Assembly (NCBI GenBank): GCA_964252035.1
Contig: OZ176205.1
DNA length: 64,000 nucleotides
DNA from: Podarcis erhardii
Lineage: Eukaryota
Reading direction: 5' to 3' (one strand)
Each line of letters opens with the position of its first letter. Within the stretch, counting starts at the first letter, position 1. Below the pieces are notes generated by a model, which saw only the letters and a program-made list of their open reading frames with translations, did not search any database and was not told where the DNA came from. The position numbers were made by a program, and so were the translations under genes. This document shows, in pieces, positions 1 to 13,985 of the stretch.

Positions 1-959
1 GGGTCCTTTACCTGCAAAACATCCCCCTTCCTTGTGTGCAAGAATTGGATATGCCCCCATCAAATATGAAAGGTGTTCTGACTAAAGTATACTGCTGCTT
101 TAAATTTAAGAACAACACATATAGCCCAATCTTATACATGTTTACTCAGAAACAAATCCTGCTGAGTTCCCCAGTAAGCATGCAGACAATTGCAGGTTTC
201 GTTTTAGTGTGTTGTGTGAGACACAAAGGGAGCAAGCAGGGGATGGATGGACATTCAGCTGAATATCTCTTGAGAATCTGACTGGTGAACGAAGGATGGT
301 GGTAAATTGCCTGCTTACTTCTTTTGTGCCAGAAAGAGCAATCTGAAGGAGAATTGGAATCAATCCAAACTCCCACCGGAGTAGGCTGAGGTCAGAGGAG
401 AACGTGGAAGGTTATTTCGCCTTAAAGAGTGGCTCAAGCTAATGCCCGCGAACATCTCTGCCGGCATCGATCATGAAGACGAGGCCAGTTCCATTCCCTG
501 TTCAGTTGCCTCTACTAATAAATGTCTTCTGCTTCCTCCATAAAAGTTTCACACAGTGTTTGTGTGAGAGAAAGATTAGAGACCCAGCAGAGCAAATGCC
601 CAGAAGTAATTTCTCTAGAACCAGAACAGACTCCATCCTTCCCCCTCCCCCTCATAATGGCTTGTCTGTGTACAAGAAAAACCTTGTCTGTTTTATTGGT
701 ATCTTTTAATTCCCTTCATTGCAGCTCCTTATGTTTTTGTCTGGCTGATTTGTGTTTATAGTAAGGTGGCTTCCCATGCATCACAAAAAAGAGGATGAAA
801 GGTGACAAAAGAGGAGACAGATTGGCATAGACTGATGTACATATATTGATGTGTATGGGGTGTTAGGGGAGGGGTAGTACCTGCCAGGCTTCTTCTGGGG
901 TAATCTGTCCACCTTTGGTCCCCACTCTGCACTCAGCTCTCACCTGTGGCTCCTAGAAG

Positions 960-1728
960 CTGTCAGCATGTGACCATAGCCACACCCTGGGAAACAGCTT
1001 TAACTGGTCAGCTAAACCAGGTGAGAGTAGTCGATGTGTCTCAAACCCTCTGTGCATTAAGGACTTCCCCTTGCCTGTGAAATCAGGCTCTGGTAGATGA
1101 GGCCAACAGATGAGGCCAACAGTGGGTCCAATGGTCAAGAAGGTGGTTTCTGCATGTGTTGTAGAGGGAAGTGAGGGGCAGATGGGGCTCATCAACCTGG
1201 GAAGGGAGCCATGTAAGAGAAGAAATACTCTGATCCCAGATCTCTGATGCCTTGCAGTTATTTGTCAAAAAGGCTTCAGGAGTAAACCCTGAGTTAAAGT
1301 CCATACCCGATGCCTTTGAGAGAAGAAAGGTCTAAGGAGTAAACCCTTCACAAATCCAGAGTGGAGCCTTTAAACGGTTGAATGGCGCCTTGTACACTTC
1401 CTTCTGACAACAACTGGAGCCAAGCTGCTGCCAAACGTATTGCTCTGCTTTCCTTTGGACCACATCAACGAAGCCCATTGTCTTGTTGTCTGGGCAGCTG
1501 AGGACCTCCATACACACTGCCCAGGCTTGTGCCCTGGAGAGGTCACTTCGGTGCTGCTAACATAGCGAAAACAATGTGGGAGGCAGCAGTTATGAGTTGC
1601 CAGCCTCTGCAGCCATGGCAGGTGCAGTGATTCTCCAGTGGTTTGATTTCCCCCTTGGAGGTGCACTCCAGTGTATCTTGAGACAGACAGATGCCAGGTA
1701 TGTATGTATGTATGTATGTATGTATGTA
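960..1728 (+). mobile_element. Decayed interspersed retroposon (RTE-like/non-autonomous) ending in a (GTAT)n tail
   Basis: Resembles a squamate repeat as I recall it (ggcttcaggagtaaacc...gccaaacgtattgctctgctttcctttggaccacatca...gagacagacagatgcca). The tandem tail is at 1698-1728. Family and 5' boundary are uncertain. Confidence 0.45.
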
Positions 1729-3165
1729 TCAATCATCTATCTATATCTCTCTATCTCTCTATCTCTCTATCTCTCTATCATCTATATCATCTGAAATATG
1801 TAATTAGTGGGGGAAACTGTGTGACCAGGTGATGTGCATTTTCTCAGTCTACTGTCCAGGTTCTAGCAGTTGATGGGCAACATCAAGACTCCTGTTCTTC
1901 CTTCATATGGGTCTTTGGGTGGCATTCAATGGAGCACCACAGGTTCCCATCCCATCCCATCCCATCCCATCCCATTCTAATCCATAGCCAAACTGCTATC
2001 TGGCACTTCCTGTGCGTTTCCGCAGGGCAGCATCTTGGTGTAAAGAGATGGTGCCTGGAAGACCAGTAGGATGGAGACTAAAGGAGGCTGAATGTGCTTG
2101 GTGGTTCAGGGTGGAGTTTGATGGGCAGATAGAGTGAACAAAGGAACCTTTTGAGCCAAGTAGAAAGGAACTTGTCTGCTTATGCTAGCACTTCAATCTG
2201 ATATTTTACTCCTCCCTGGAGAGCCTGAGGAGGCAGCTAAAACGCCATATCAAGCCCTGAGACCTGACAAGCTTGTTGAAAGAATCCTAGGCTGCTGGGA
2301 TTTGTAAAAGAAACCAATTCCTTCCCAGAGCCTTGTTTTGCCTGGGCATCGCTGGAGCTGAACGGGGTGTGGGAGACTCTGATATCTTCATCCGATTAGT
2401 CAGATCTGAAGCAATTACAACTTCATTAGCTAAATAGGCTCTTCTGTTTCCCACCCTCACCACTTCAAGGCTTTGCCCCTTGGGATCCTGCTGTTAAGAG
2501 CTGCACAGAGGAAGGCTAGAGGAGGAGGAGGAGGAGAGCTGCATGGTGCTGGCCAAGATAAGGGGAGAAGAAGCATTGCATACAGCTCATTTGTCAGGCC
2601 TGAAATGGAGAAGGGAGATCTGGGTTGAAAAGGAGCTATAAGAGACATCAATTTAACATGCTTTCATATTTCTCTTGCTTTCAGAGACTCATAGTATATG
2701 GAGGGACCTTCAAGATCATAAAACACTCCAGGGGCCAGCCTTAGGTAAAAAATGAGGGGACAAACTCAGGGGACAGAGGGTGGGAGGCAGTGGTGGCAGG
2801 CCATGAAGTGAAGAGTTTAAGCAATGAAAAAGGACAATATTATAAACAGTTTAAAACAAACTACAGTCATAAGAATAGGATGGGTCCATCTATCTGTCTG
2901 CCTGATGTGTCAAAGGGCAGAGTAAAGAGATACATCTTCAGGATTCATCATGCAAGTTGAGAGTTCCTTCTTCCCTGTAATGATTTAGATTTGCACACAT
3001 TTGCATAAGGGTAAAAACAATATTTCTGAAGCAAGAAGCGTACTCTTTGTTTTTATATGACATAAAAGTTTCATAGCAAAAATCATTCTAGAAGATCATT
3101 CTACATGTGTGAGGGAAGGCAAGATGCTTCTTTTAAAAGGTCACCTACAATTTTTATATTGTACC

Positions 3166-3571
3166 TGTCAGGGAACTGCCATCGGATCTCAGGGGGGTGG
3201 AGAGGCTCTCGGATGCTGGGGAGGGAACCAGCAGGGAAAGAGGAAGAGCTTCCGCTGAGGAAGAAGGGAAAGAGGAGGAGTCGGAGGGAAGGCTCAGGGA
3301 CACTTCCAGCGAGACCAGTGGAGAGAGCTCAGGACCTCCCCTGGGGACGCCCACTCTGCGCAGAAAGCTGACGCGCAGGGAATCCAGGCGGAGACTTTCT
3401 GTCAAGGAGCTCTTATGTTGGAAAAAGTTCAGGAAATGCCCACTGACGGATTCTGCCAGTGATTAAGACAGCCACGAAGTAAGGGCTGTCCGGCTAGGGA
3501 AGGTTTTAGCCAACTACTCAACTTGGAGCGGTTTTGGCGCTTACGCACAAGCAACCCCTAATCCCATTACA
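3166..3571. mobile_element. Solo LTR (406 bp; Gypsy/ERV-type)
   Basis: Starts TGTCA and ends TTACA. Perfect 5-bp target-site duplication GTACC at 3161-3165 and 3572-3576. CpG-rich relative to the flanks. Confidence 0.85.
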
Positions 3572-5659
3572 GTACCTGTATAGAGCTTTCAAGTTTTCAA
3601 AGTGCATCAGATGCATTATCTATTTGTAATCTTGCAACCCTGCAAGGTAAGTCAGGTTTCCTATGCTTCATTTTGCAGGGGCAGGGGCAGGGGCAGGGGC
3701 GGCGGCTTTCTTAAGGCCATACAGTTAGTTCACAGCAGAGGTGAGATTTGAGCTAGGGACCTCCAGATTCATTGTTTATTCTCTTAGCCACTACACCAGC
3801 TCTCATAAGCATTTGCATCAATAATATTTTTTCTATAGAATTAGGAATGGACATAGGTGGGGAGCCCCAGGTAGTTAATTAGTATAAGTCGCCCACAAAT
3901 CATCAGAGAAAACTAAGGGTGGAATTCAGTGGGGTATGTGTGTGAGAAATGCAGTAGGACTTTCATCCCAAAGACCTCCCCCAAACCTGTTCTGGGTTTC
4001 CTCCAACCCTCCAGAGTAGATTTAGGGGGCTTGAGCAATGGAGATGGGATAAAAGTCCTGTTGTATGAACAGACCTCATTCCATGAATGCCAACTACTTA
4101 GCTGAATTCTGCCCACACATTGGGCATCTCCATTATCCAGGAGCATATCAATTTGAGACCTCTCCAGGGGTACCTAGTTGGTCAGTTAGGACAAGATTCT
4201 GGACTAGATGGGCCACTGGCTTAATTTAGTGGGGATCTTTGTATGTTCTTGTTAGACCCTCACTATATTCATAGTCAGAGATATAAAATAGTAGAAAATG
4301 AATCTGTATTCCTTGGTGTGATGGACACTGAGCAGTGTAATATTTTGGAATGAGAATTCTGGGATGGACAAAGTCCTTCTTTGTCTGAAGTCATGACCCA
4401 GTGTTCATTTGCCAAGCAGAGCTCAGCTCTTAGGTACAATGGGGCTGTTATCTAAGTGGATCCATGGGATGAGAAACCAAGGAGCAGGCAGAAGCTCACA
4501 GGAGCAATCAATATAAGGTCTATTTCGTAGGCTTTTACTTAGATTGTGCTATTCCTGAAATAGAGAGCAGCTGGGATCTAACTGGATTGCCTTGGGGAGT
4601 GAAATGATATTTAACTATTATGGTAACGCGACACCCCTTGAGTGGGTTGTCATCAGCATGGATTGAATGGGGAGTGGGGAGGGAGACTGTGCCTTCGGAG
4701 TGCAGATGAGAACTCCTGCCTTTTTGAGAGCATTTTGCATTCTGAGTTCTTGACAGAAAAGGCCCTCCATTCTCCCCATCTTCTAATCATCCATTGCAAG
4801 CGATCTTTTTCACATCACTGAGCAGTTCTTCAAATGAAAAGGAAGCTGTGCAGCTACTGAACAGAGAGCAGCACTTGGGTGTGTGTGTGTGTAGGAAGAA
4901 ACACCCATAACCATTTAACAGAGCACCAGGGTCTTCCAATCTCTGGGCTGCTCCATCTGTTAATATAATTTTCCATAAGGCAAGATTTCACTCAGACCTT
5001 CTCCGGCTCCTGTACATTTATTGGCAGCTGGCTTTGCTCCTTCCTAAATGGACGCTTGCTTATGCATCACCTATATGATTTCCCCTTGCAGTCGTTTGTC
5101 AGGTAGCATATGCCATTTCGAAATGGCAGAAGGGCAGAGAGATGACCGAAGCAGTACAGATCGTTAGCTGCACCTCGGGAAGACAGCCTTTGAAAACCAC
5201 TCTTGCAATGTTTTCAAGCATCAGGGTAGCTTTTGACTTTTTGTTTATCTCCCTTGTATCAAAAGGTGGTTTTACTCCATACTACCCCAGGGTGGCCAAG
5301 TGTCCTACTTTACAAGGCATTTAAAGGCAGTGCTCTGTTTGAAGGACTATCCAGTCCAAGTCCTGTTTAAAGTGAAAGAAGCATAAGAAGCAGCCTTGAA
5401 GTTGCCCATTGACACTTAACATCTGGAAAACAAACTGAGCAGGCACAAAGATCACCTGAGCACAGCCTTCCCAACAATGGTGAGCTGTACTGTATTTCTA
5501 TTTAAGTTAGAGTTATCATTTTTTAAATTTGTGCCTAAGCATAAAAATTAATGTATACAATTTTTATGCAACTATGTCCTCTTTTTTCCCTTTCCCTTTT
5601 GACTTTGTGTAAGTGGCCACACTATACCACCCAACGATGATGTGAGTTTCCTGGTTTGT

Positions 5660-5660
<1 letters not shown>

Positions 5661-5703
<43 letters not shown>

Positions 5704-5889
5704 TTATTTGTACCCACCCATCTGGCTGGGCTTCCCCAGCCACTCTGGGCAGCTTCCAAAAAATATTAAAATCCTCTAATACATCAAACATTAAAAGCTT
5801 CCCTAAATAGGGCTGCCTTCAGATGTCTTCTAAAAGTCTGATAGTTGTTGTTCTCTTTGACATCTGGTGAGAGGGCATTCCACAGGGCG
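5661..5889 (-). mobile_element. L2 LINE 3' end with (TTA)n tail
   Basis: (TAA)n at 5661-5703 on the + strand. Highly similar to the copy at 26092-26334. Confidence 0.8.
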
Positions 5890-8350
5890 TTCCACTTGCC
5901 ACAGGAAACTGTAGCCCATCAGGACCTCCTTTTAGCATTCACCCATAATAATTGCTTGTTTGTAAGTGATGGATCTTACATTTTAGCGTGCACAATATTG
6001 GGCAATTTCTGATATGCCAACTTACCTTGAAGGGTTTTTGTAGGGATGTTCTGAGATAATGGGGATGAAGTACCTTGAACATTCCATGAATTATATAAGT
6101 ATATATATCATCACCATTAATATTACTAGCCAACTGACAGCAAATATACAGTTAACTTTAATTTCTTCCAACCTGGTGTTGATTTTGCCAACTGGGCTTA
6201 GTAAACCAGATGCTAAAAATAAATGACATATAACTTTTCAGAGCATTTCCATTAGAAGCCACAAAACACTACATATGGCAGAACTGTTTGATGCAGATGC
6301 ATACATAGTTACAAGAAAGCTAATATTGAAAGTGTTCTGTTTTATCACTCACATTTGATTTAATAACTTTTTGGCTTCGAGCACTGCAGAAAACAGAAGA
6401 AAAAATAGTGAGCAAAACATACCAACATTTATGCCAGCACTGCTTTTTTTTTGCATGTGAAAGTCAGCCATTTTGCATGTGAAATTTGCTAAGAAAGCAT
6501 TTGCCGTGAAACCATCTCTGCCAGCTATTTATTTAGTCTTTGCTGCTCCTTTTCAAAAAGAAATGTCTTTGGCTATTTTCAGCAATGATAGCTACAGCCT
6601 GATCCTCAAGAGCCCTGTGTTCAGTGATATGAGCAAGGAACTGATCTATCTAACCATTTCAGGTTCCAGCTACCAACCTAGCTGCGGGGCCATTCTTCCT
6701 CTCTTGCGTAGGAGACAAATGAATGTCGTACTTGGCATCTCTTCTGAACAATATTTTTATTATGTTTAGTGTTCTCTATACAAAAAGAAAATCAGTTTTC
6801 TTTACAGTGATTCAAAAACATTTCTGAATATTTTGGCCTTTTTCAAATCGCTCATGCAGTCCATATATTAAACATGTCTCCGTAGTCTGTAAAGCTACTC
6901 ACTGTAAGTCATTCTTTACAGTCTCAGATATGCATTCATCTATTGGAAAGCAGATTAACACAGAATGTCCTTTTTTTATTTGTTTAAAAAGAAGGCAAAT
7001 AATTACATAGAATGTATTGGAGCAATGGGGAGGACTTTAAGGAACAGGGTGTGTGTGTGAGTGTGGATATTTACAAATTAAAAACAAACAAAACAAACAG
7101 AAAGCAGTACAATAATTTGTTGGTGGTGTTTGAAACCTCCATAGTGCAAAGGGTGGTCTCTCCGCTTTCATCGGTTCAACACGAGGGGGTGAGGGCCCAA
7201 GACTGCCTTCTGACATCACGATCATACCATGAAATTTGCTTGAAAGGGACAGATCAAGAGAGAGGCATTCCTGGGTTACATGGAGAGCCACATGACATTC
7301 TGGATTTCTTACTATCAGAAAAGTCTTGCTGGCTCTTCTTATTTAAGATGAGCTGCAATGCGTAAAAGAAAATGGATTTCACATTTTATTACTATCATTA
7401 TTATTATTATTGCTTAGCTGAAGACTTTTGACGCTAGCATAGAATTAAGCCTGGTGCAAGGCATGCTTCCTTTATAGGTCAAAGTCAATATTCCACATTT
7501 CACATTCTCTACATTCCGGGAAGTGAAAATAAGGTTTGTTTTCTTTCCTGTAGCTGCTATAGCTGAGATGAGGGGAAAGGCCGCAATAGGTCATTATGAG
7601 TCAGGTGAAACACGTAAACAAGAAGCTGAGCCCTAATGGAAATCAATGACTGGCACTCTCCTCGGATATTCCTGACAGGTAGCAGGGTTGTATCTTGTTT
7701 AGACACATGAATCCAGGTCATTATAGGCAGATCGATGGCAGGGGTCAGGACTCTGTTATGCTAGTTGACCTGTGGGTCACTTCTACAGGGTGGTAATTGA
7801 GTGGAAAGACAATGTCAGGATTGTCCAAGATCATGTTTCCTTTGCTGTAATTGTAGCATCACCAGCACACAAGGCAGAATATGTGTCTCCCCTACTCTAA
7901 TGTTCCACAGAAGGTGAAGGTGTTCATTTAACTGCCAAACACAAAATAAGCTATGGAGATTGCCTCCTCTTTGAACTTGCTGGCTCAACTTAGCAACAGT
8001 GAAGGCAGGCAACAACATCTGGAACTGCCTGCAATTTCCCCCAAACATGAAGGATCTGCATAACAGACACATGGGTCAGATCTTTATTTGTAAAGTTAAA
8101 AATGGAAATAAACCTATTATAGTTTTCAACACAAGCCATGAATGGTATAATGGGTGACTGAGTGGCATAGCTGATGTGGTTACATGAGCCAACATCTCAA
8201 TAACCTCCGGAGTCAGGAACAGGAAACTGTTCAAAATGTCAGATGTTACTACACCTGCCTGTTATGCAGGATGAGCATAGGGGAACAGGTTCCATATCTG
8301 CTGTGATAAGTTGGCAGTGTGCTCTTTCACTAGTCCTTATGATTAGAATA

Positions 8351-8482
8351 AGGATGGGGAATCTGTGATCATCAGATGTTGGGCTCCAACTCCCATCGGC
8401 CCCAAGCAGTGTGCCCAATGGTCAGGGATGATGGAAGTTGCTGTGGTCCATTATCTGAAGGGCCACAGGTTCCCTATTCCTG
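8351..8482. mobile_element. Degenerate hAT-type MITE
   Basis: Palindromic layout ...ctcccatc...gatggaagttg... with terminal ggggaatctgtg/cacaggttccc; similar to the 25829 family. Confidence 0.55.
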
Positions 8483-9787
8483 TATCTCAGCAGCCTTTGT
8501 AGTTGGGAAGACTATAGATGATGTTTCAACAATGGCTGCCGACTTCTCTGACTGTGTTGCTTGCACCACACTCAATTCTTAAAGTCAGTGAAGATTTGTT
8601 AGTCTCTTGGATGGGACTAAAGGGACTGCTAAAGGCAATTCCACAGGAAAATGCTTGTCTCCTAGCATCATGAATATTATGTTGCAGAATTGGACCTGCT
8701 ATCAGGTGTAAGACAGGAGGAAGAGCAGAATTCAAATTAGATAGATGGATCTCTCTCTTTAGTTCACTCTCTCTTTAGCCTATGCAATCAGGTATTCTGT
8801 TGCAGTCAACTATCAAACTGGCCCCAAAGTCAGTGAGCACCCTGTGGTATTTGAAACCTTGTGTCTTGCCCCTAACTTAACAAAGCCTGCTACATCCCTC
8901 TCAAATATTTTAGTAGGTTCAACACCCATTAGCTTCCAAGATCAAATGGCATCAGGTGTGTTCACAGTGGCATGGCAGTATGCCTCTGAAAACTTAACTA
9001 AAAGTAGTATCTACAACACAATATGCATTGTGCCTGGTTTCATAGTTGCATTTAACAATAGTCTTAGATGTTATTTTATTGTAAACGCATTGCTGTTGAT
9101 GGAAGCGACCTCAAATACTGTGCATGAGACAGAGATATAAACCTTTTCAATAAAATACAATAAAGTCTACTTATGGCTGTCTGTTCTATAGCAGTGGTTA
9201 AAGAAGCCGTCAGTGCATGCCACATTTTGTCCATTGTTTGGTTTCCCTCAATACTCAGCAACGGTAAGAGCCTTTCCAGCTGATCTCTTTTCATTTTGCA
9301 TAAAAGCATTTGCTGCTCATTTGTTCAGACTCCCAGATGTTGTTGTTTTCAAGGTAGAACTCTGTATAGGAATGTTGCATATTCTCAGCACTCAAAACTG
9401 TATTTTAAAACTGGGAAATGCAATCTTTCTCCTGGGTAGCATGCAATGTGTAATTCTTAGTGTTGTGTGGAATGTGGCTAGCCAGGAGTGGCAGCTTGGC
9501 CCCACAACCATGGGAGCCTGGTACCATGAGTGCCATGCAGTGTGCATGGCCCTGGCACCTAAATTTGCGGGTGTTCAGTCCCTTAATGGGGAATTTTGTG
9601 GGTGTCCAAGCACCCAGGACCCCAGGGAGTTGGCACCTATGTGGATAGTGGAAGCATCTACTGGGTAAAGGGAGACATAAGTGGGGACAGCCATCTCCTC
9701 ACACTCACCAATTTGTGATATTTTCAAATTATGCCATTCTTCCAATGCTCGGGAGTCCTTTGGAAGCACAGGAATGTCCCCATAGTC

Positions 9788-9924
9788 CAAGGAGTGGGGA
9801 AACTTTGGGCCTCCAGATGCTGCCTAACTACAACTCCCATCAACCCTAACAAGCATGGCTCATTGCCAGGGGTTATGGGAGTTGTAGTTCAGCAGCATCT
9901 GATAGGCCCAAGGTTCTCTACAAG
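9788..9924. mobile_element. Degenerate hAT-type MITE
   Basis: gggcctccagatgctgcctaactacaactcccat...atgggagttgtagttcagcagcatctgataggccc palindrome. Confidence 0.65.
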
Positions 9925-11239
9925 TAGTTCTCTTTAAGTAGCCCCTTAAAGAAGGGCATACAGCAGCAGATGTCCCCCTCTGTAGTAATGCCCCAGCAGT
10001 TTGTGCTGTTTTCTTCTTTGAATGCAGTGTGCTCTTGCATTAGAGCCCATGGATTCCAAAGTTAAGAAAAAGCAGTGAGCACACACATACCTCTCCCTTG
10101 CAGCTGAGGTCCCCTTCCTCATCCATTACTAGAGGATGGGGTAGCATACTACTCATACTGGACTGGGGATAGGTTGCTGCAGGAAAAGTCCAGGCTTCTA
10201 ATAATTTAGCTTGTCTAAACCCATCTCAATACACATCCTTAAATGGCTCCAGGGCAGGGGTGAGCAATTTGCTCTCTACTGGGAAAACCATACCCACATT
10301 TATACAAGGGCGCCCACAGAGAATACAACAAGGAATGAGTTACTGGCAGTTCAATGACTTTTCAGGGAAGGAACCTATTTAGTTGATTTATTCCTTATGA
10401 GAGAATTCAAGCCTGATAAAGAAACATCTCACCAAGTGTTCTTGGCTTTTATTTCTGTTACGTTTATATAGGGCTTTAATAAGATATGTAGCTTCTGAAC
10501 TCATCTCTCATCTCTTAAGCACAAATCCATTCCTGAGGTAAGTATACTGACTATAATGGCAAATGCTAACAATATTTTGTCAACTGTAAGTTAGACTTAT
10601 TCTTCCTGCTGCAGTTAAAGGAAAGCAAATGGCCTGGTACTGGAGCAGGTTTTGCAAATAGCATTGCATGCAGAACCCTGTCAGATCTGGTTTCAGAACT
10701 GCCTTCTAAAAGCACACAGAGCCATTTAATGTTTTTGTTAAAATTCAATCTTTCCTCAGCTTTCATCAAACTCCTGCAAGGCATCTCTACATCCACTAAA
10801 AGTTAGCCCACCCGCTTAGCCACAATATTTTTCAAACAGATGGTATGAGGGAGGCTTGGGAGGAAAAAACACATGTGCACAGAATAGGATTGCAGGCACG
10901 ATAGACTAAATTTGGTTGTTTTTAAAAGGTCTCATATAAAGCTGGCTACATATGCCTGGTTTTATCTTGTGACTTGTAGATAGGCCAAAGTTAGCCAGGC
11001 CCATCTATATAGGAATGCTGCCTTAAGTTTAGGGACAGTATACATAATGCTAGAAATTTGTAGTTTGTGGGCTGGATTGGAAAACATATGTGTAGCATTT
11101 TGGGAGGTGCCACTTTCAGTGGTGCCACTGTGCAAACAGTTCAAATGCATGCAAAGTGCATTTAGTTGTGTTGCAGTATGTTCTCAGTGGTAGTGCGTGT
11201 TTTCTTGCGAAAGGTCCCAAGTTGCGTCCCTGGCACCAC

Positions 11240-11371
11240 CAGAGAGGGTGAACCTGTGGTCACCCATCCATTTGGTGCCATCTCCCATCCACTCCAGCTA
11301 GCATGGCCAATGGTCAGGGGTGACAGGAGTTGCAGTCCGGCAACATCTAGAGACCACAGGCTCCCTATCTC
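11240..11371. mobile_element. Degenerate hAT-type MITE
   Basis: aacctgtggtc...gaccacaggct inverted ends; internal catggccaatggtcaggg shared with 8351 and 56047. Confidence 0.5.
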
Positions 11372-13753
11372 AATGTTAGAATTAGGGGATCCTTTTAATT
11401 TGATCAAATTGAAGAAAAAAAATTGACAAATACGCCAGGGGAGTAATTAAGCATGCAAAACTATAGGGCCAGGAGATACATTTACTGTACCATTAACAGA
11501 TTGTAGCCTGTTTAAGGAGTGGTTTGGAACAGTAACCCCAAGCCACAACCTTTCGTTGCCTGGCTTGACTCACAGCACAAGCTTCCCTGGGTTGGTGACA
11601 GTTTTCTTGCATTTGAGATTTCATTTAGCTGATTTCTTCTTAAGTCTCAACATCTCCCAGCCTCTTACTGAATACATTAAACCCCATTTCTGCATTTTAT
11701 GCCCATAGGCGTAGCCATGATTTTTGTTTGGTGGGGGGAAGAACCGAGTTACCTGTGGCACAATTGGTCAGTTAAGTATTTTTATTTATTTACTTTTTGG
11801 AGAGGGGGCGGCTAGCTGTCCCTCTGCAGCTATGCCCATGTCTATGCCCATTCATTAGAAACACCCTTGTTAGCAAAGCTACCTTTCAGGCAAGCCAGTT
11901 TGAAAGTTCAGCCATGTCACAACTATTTCCATTTCAGAATGATGCTGAAACATCTATTGAAGTTTTCCCTAAATGTTATTTTACAGCTGCGAAACTGTTG
12001 GAGACAGATCTCTCTCTTTAAATACTTTTGACTTTGAAAGTGCAGGGAGTGAAGAGAATACATACTGCATTCCATAAATACTGTATATTACGGGGGGGGG
12101 GGGACCTCTACCTTCTACGATGACCCATGCCTTCTCAACTGACCAAGCTGAAGCTTCCTTATTTGTACTGCATCGACAGATTACAGACCATCACACCAGG
12201 GGCTTAATCTACGGGTAAATATTCAGTTTATTAAGCTTCAGGGAAAGCATGAAGCTGTTTAAGGCATATATGGAAGAACAGTGTCACAACAGAATCTGTA
12301 TCTGAGGAAAACAGGTTTGCTGCGTGTTAGCAAGTTAGCTTGAGTGCCTTTGATGTGTAACTAACAAGATAGGGTGAGCTCCATGCTGCTGCTTATTTAA
12401 GTACTGGAAAAAGCCTCTTTTAGGCTAATTGAGGCCCCTGCATGTGTCAGAGTGGCTTTTACCTTGAAAGCCAAAAAAAATGTATCCCTGACTGATATGC
12501 AAATGATAGGAACAATGGAAAGATGAATCAGGGTGGATTCTGAGTGCCTTTGTACTTTTGCATCAAACATATAGGGAATGGAAATCCCTGAACTTTTCAC
12601 AGAAGAGGCTGGCGGGTTTAATGCCAGGCTAGTTTATTCTTAGTAGGTACCATTCTTTTTTGGTTAGCGGTAGGAAAGCATAGACTGGTTGCTCTTCCCT
12701 GGTCACCCTTCCTCCCTTTCCTGCTACATGCAGATTCACGGAGTGGCTATTAACACCACGTGTGAGCATAGGGAGGAATGACTACTTTCAGCAGGAATGG
12801 ACAACAACCCCCACCCCCAATAATTTATCCAGGAAAATAATAACCCAATTATGTTTCCTACCCTGGATTAGCAGAAAGATGCAACTGTTTCCATTAAACT
12901 CTTTCTTTGGAGAAAGATGCTAAATAGCATGGGCAGAGGGATGAAAACCTTGCCTCTGCAGTACCTGCATCAGAACCAATACTTGTATAGCACTAACTGA
13001 GATCACAGACAGTTTGGGTCAATGCAACAAGTACCCCCCTCCCCCATGCGTATAGCTTCCACACTGAAGCCCAATATAGTACCGTTTCTTCTTATAGGAA
13101 GGAATATCCTACACCTTGCTCGGTGAGGATTATTAAGCCAGAGCCTGGCTGCAATGATCTCTGACGGAAATAAATTGCCATCAAGGTTCCTGTTTATAAA
13201 ACATCCTCGTTTTTAACCAGTAGCTGATTCCGCAATGTGGTTTCATGCTGCTTTTACCAGGGGATTATACTCTCATCTCCACCCCTCTCACTCCAGATTT
13301 CCCCCATGTTTGGGCATTTCTTTTTCTGAGAATAACTTTGAAGCCTTTTAGAAAACACAACAACCAAAAGAAAAATAAAATAATAATCAGCTGTGTACAT
13401 TATTAATGAAAGGAGTTGCATTATCTCACAAATTAGACATAGGGGGTATAGAGGGGTGTTTATTTCAGTTCGAGTTCTGAAGCCTGGGGTGTAGAATCTG
13501 TGCATCCTGCTCTTCTACTGGTCTCTTGTGGGTCAGCTCAGATTTCAGCTGCAGTAAGATTGCTTCGGCAGCCAGTGCATCTATGCCATTTGCTTTGTTT
13601 GCGAAAGAGATGATGGCCCTGGTGACCACCTGGTCGGGTTTTTGTTTGCTCTCTGTGGTCCTACCCTAGTTGCTTTCTGTTGATGGTGACTTTGCCGACC
13701 CACACGGGATATAAGTCTTCTTGCTGCTGCTGCTGTTGTTTCAGTGTATTGCG

Positions 13754-13985
13754 TTATGCCAAGGAATAGATAGCATTAACTGGTGATGTGGCTTCTGAAC
13801 TCTCATTGCCTTCTGTCTCCTCCTTGTCCTTCTTGACTGTGTACTGGCCAATAAAGGAGCCGTCCTCATTGAACTGCCCTTCGCCTCCTTCGCCATAGTC
13901 CACCAAGCTGTCATCACTTTCTTGTTGCTTTATCGTGCCATCTAAAGAGGTCTGACTGCCCTGCAGCGGCTTGTTATCTTCATCA
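13754..13985 (-). CDS. NFASC: NFASC last coding exon (ankyrin-binding FIGQY at 13841-13855; C-terminus YSLA)
   Basis: gatgctag|T GAT GAA GAT AAC...TCC TTG GCA TAA (76 codons plus stop). Confidence 0.97.

Larger units (their letters stand above)
6340..13753 (-). other. NFASC: Probable NFASC 3' UTR; distal end uncertain
   Basis: Follows the stop codon. Candidate minus-strand poly(A) hexamers: AATAAA near 12633, 11781, 10388 and at 6975-6980, and ATTAAA at 6359-6364. The end is not determinable without transcripts. Confidence 0.35.

Noticed and set aside
1-13. gggtcctttacct resembling a Sauria SINE tail
   Set aside because: Too short at the window edge to support
3165-3470. GC-rich stretch ending in CAG|GTACAA on the minus strand, considered as a first exon or promoter of the next gene
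   Set aside because: The apparent donor is formed by the LTR terminus and its GTACC TSD; the whole stretch is explained by the solo LTR
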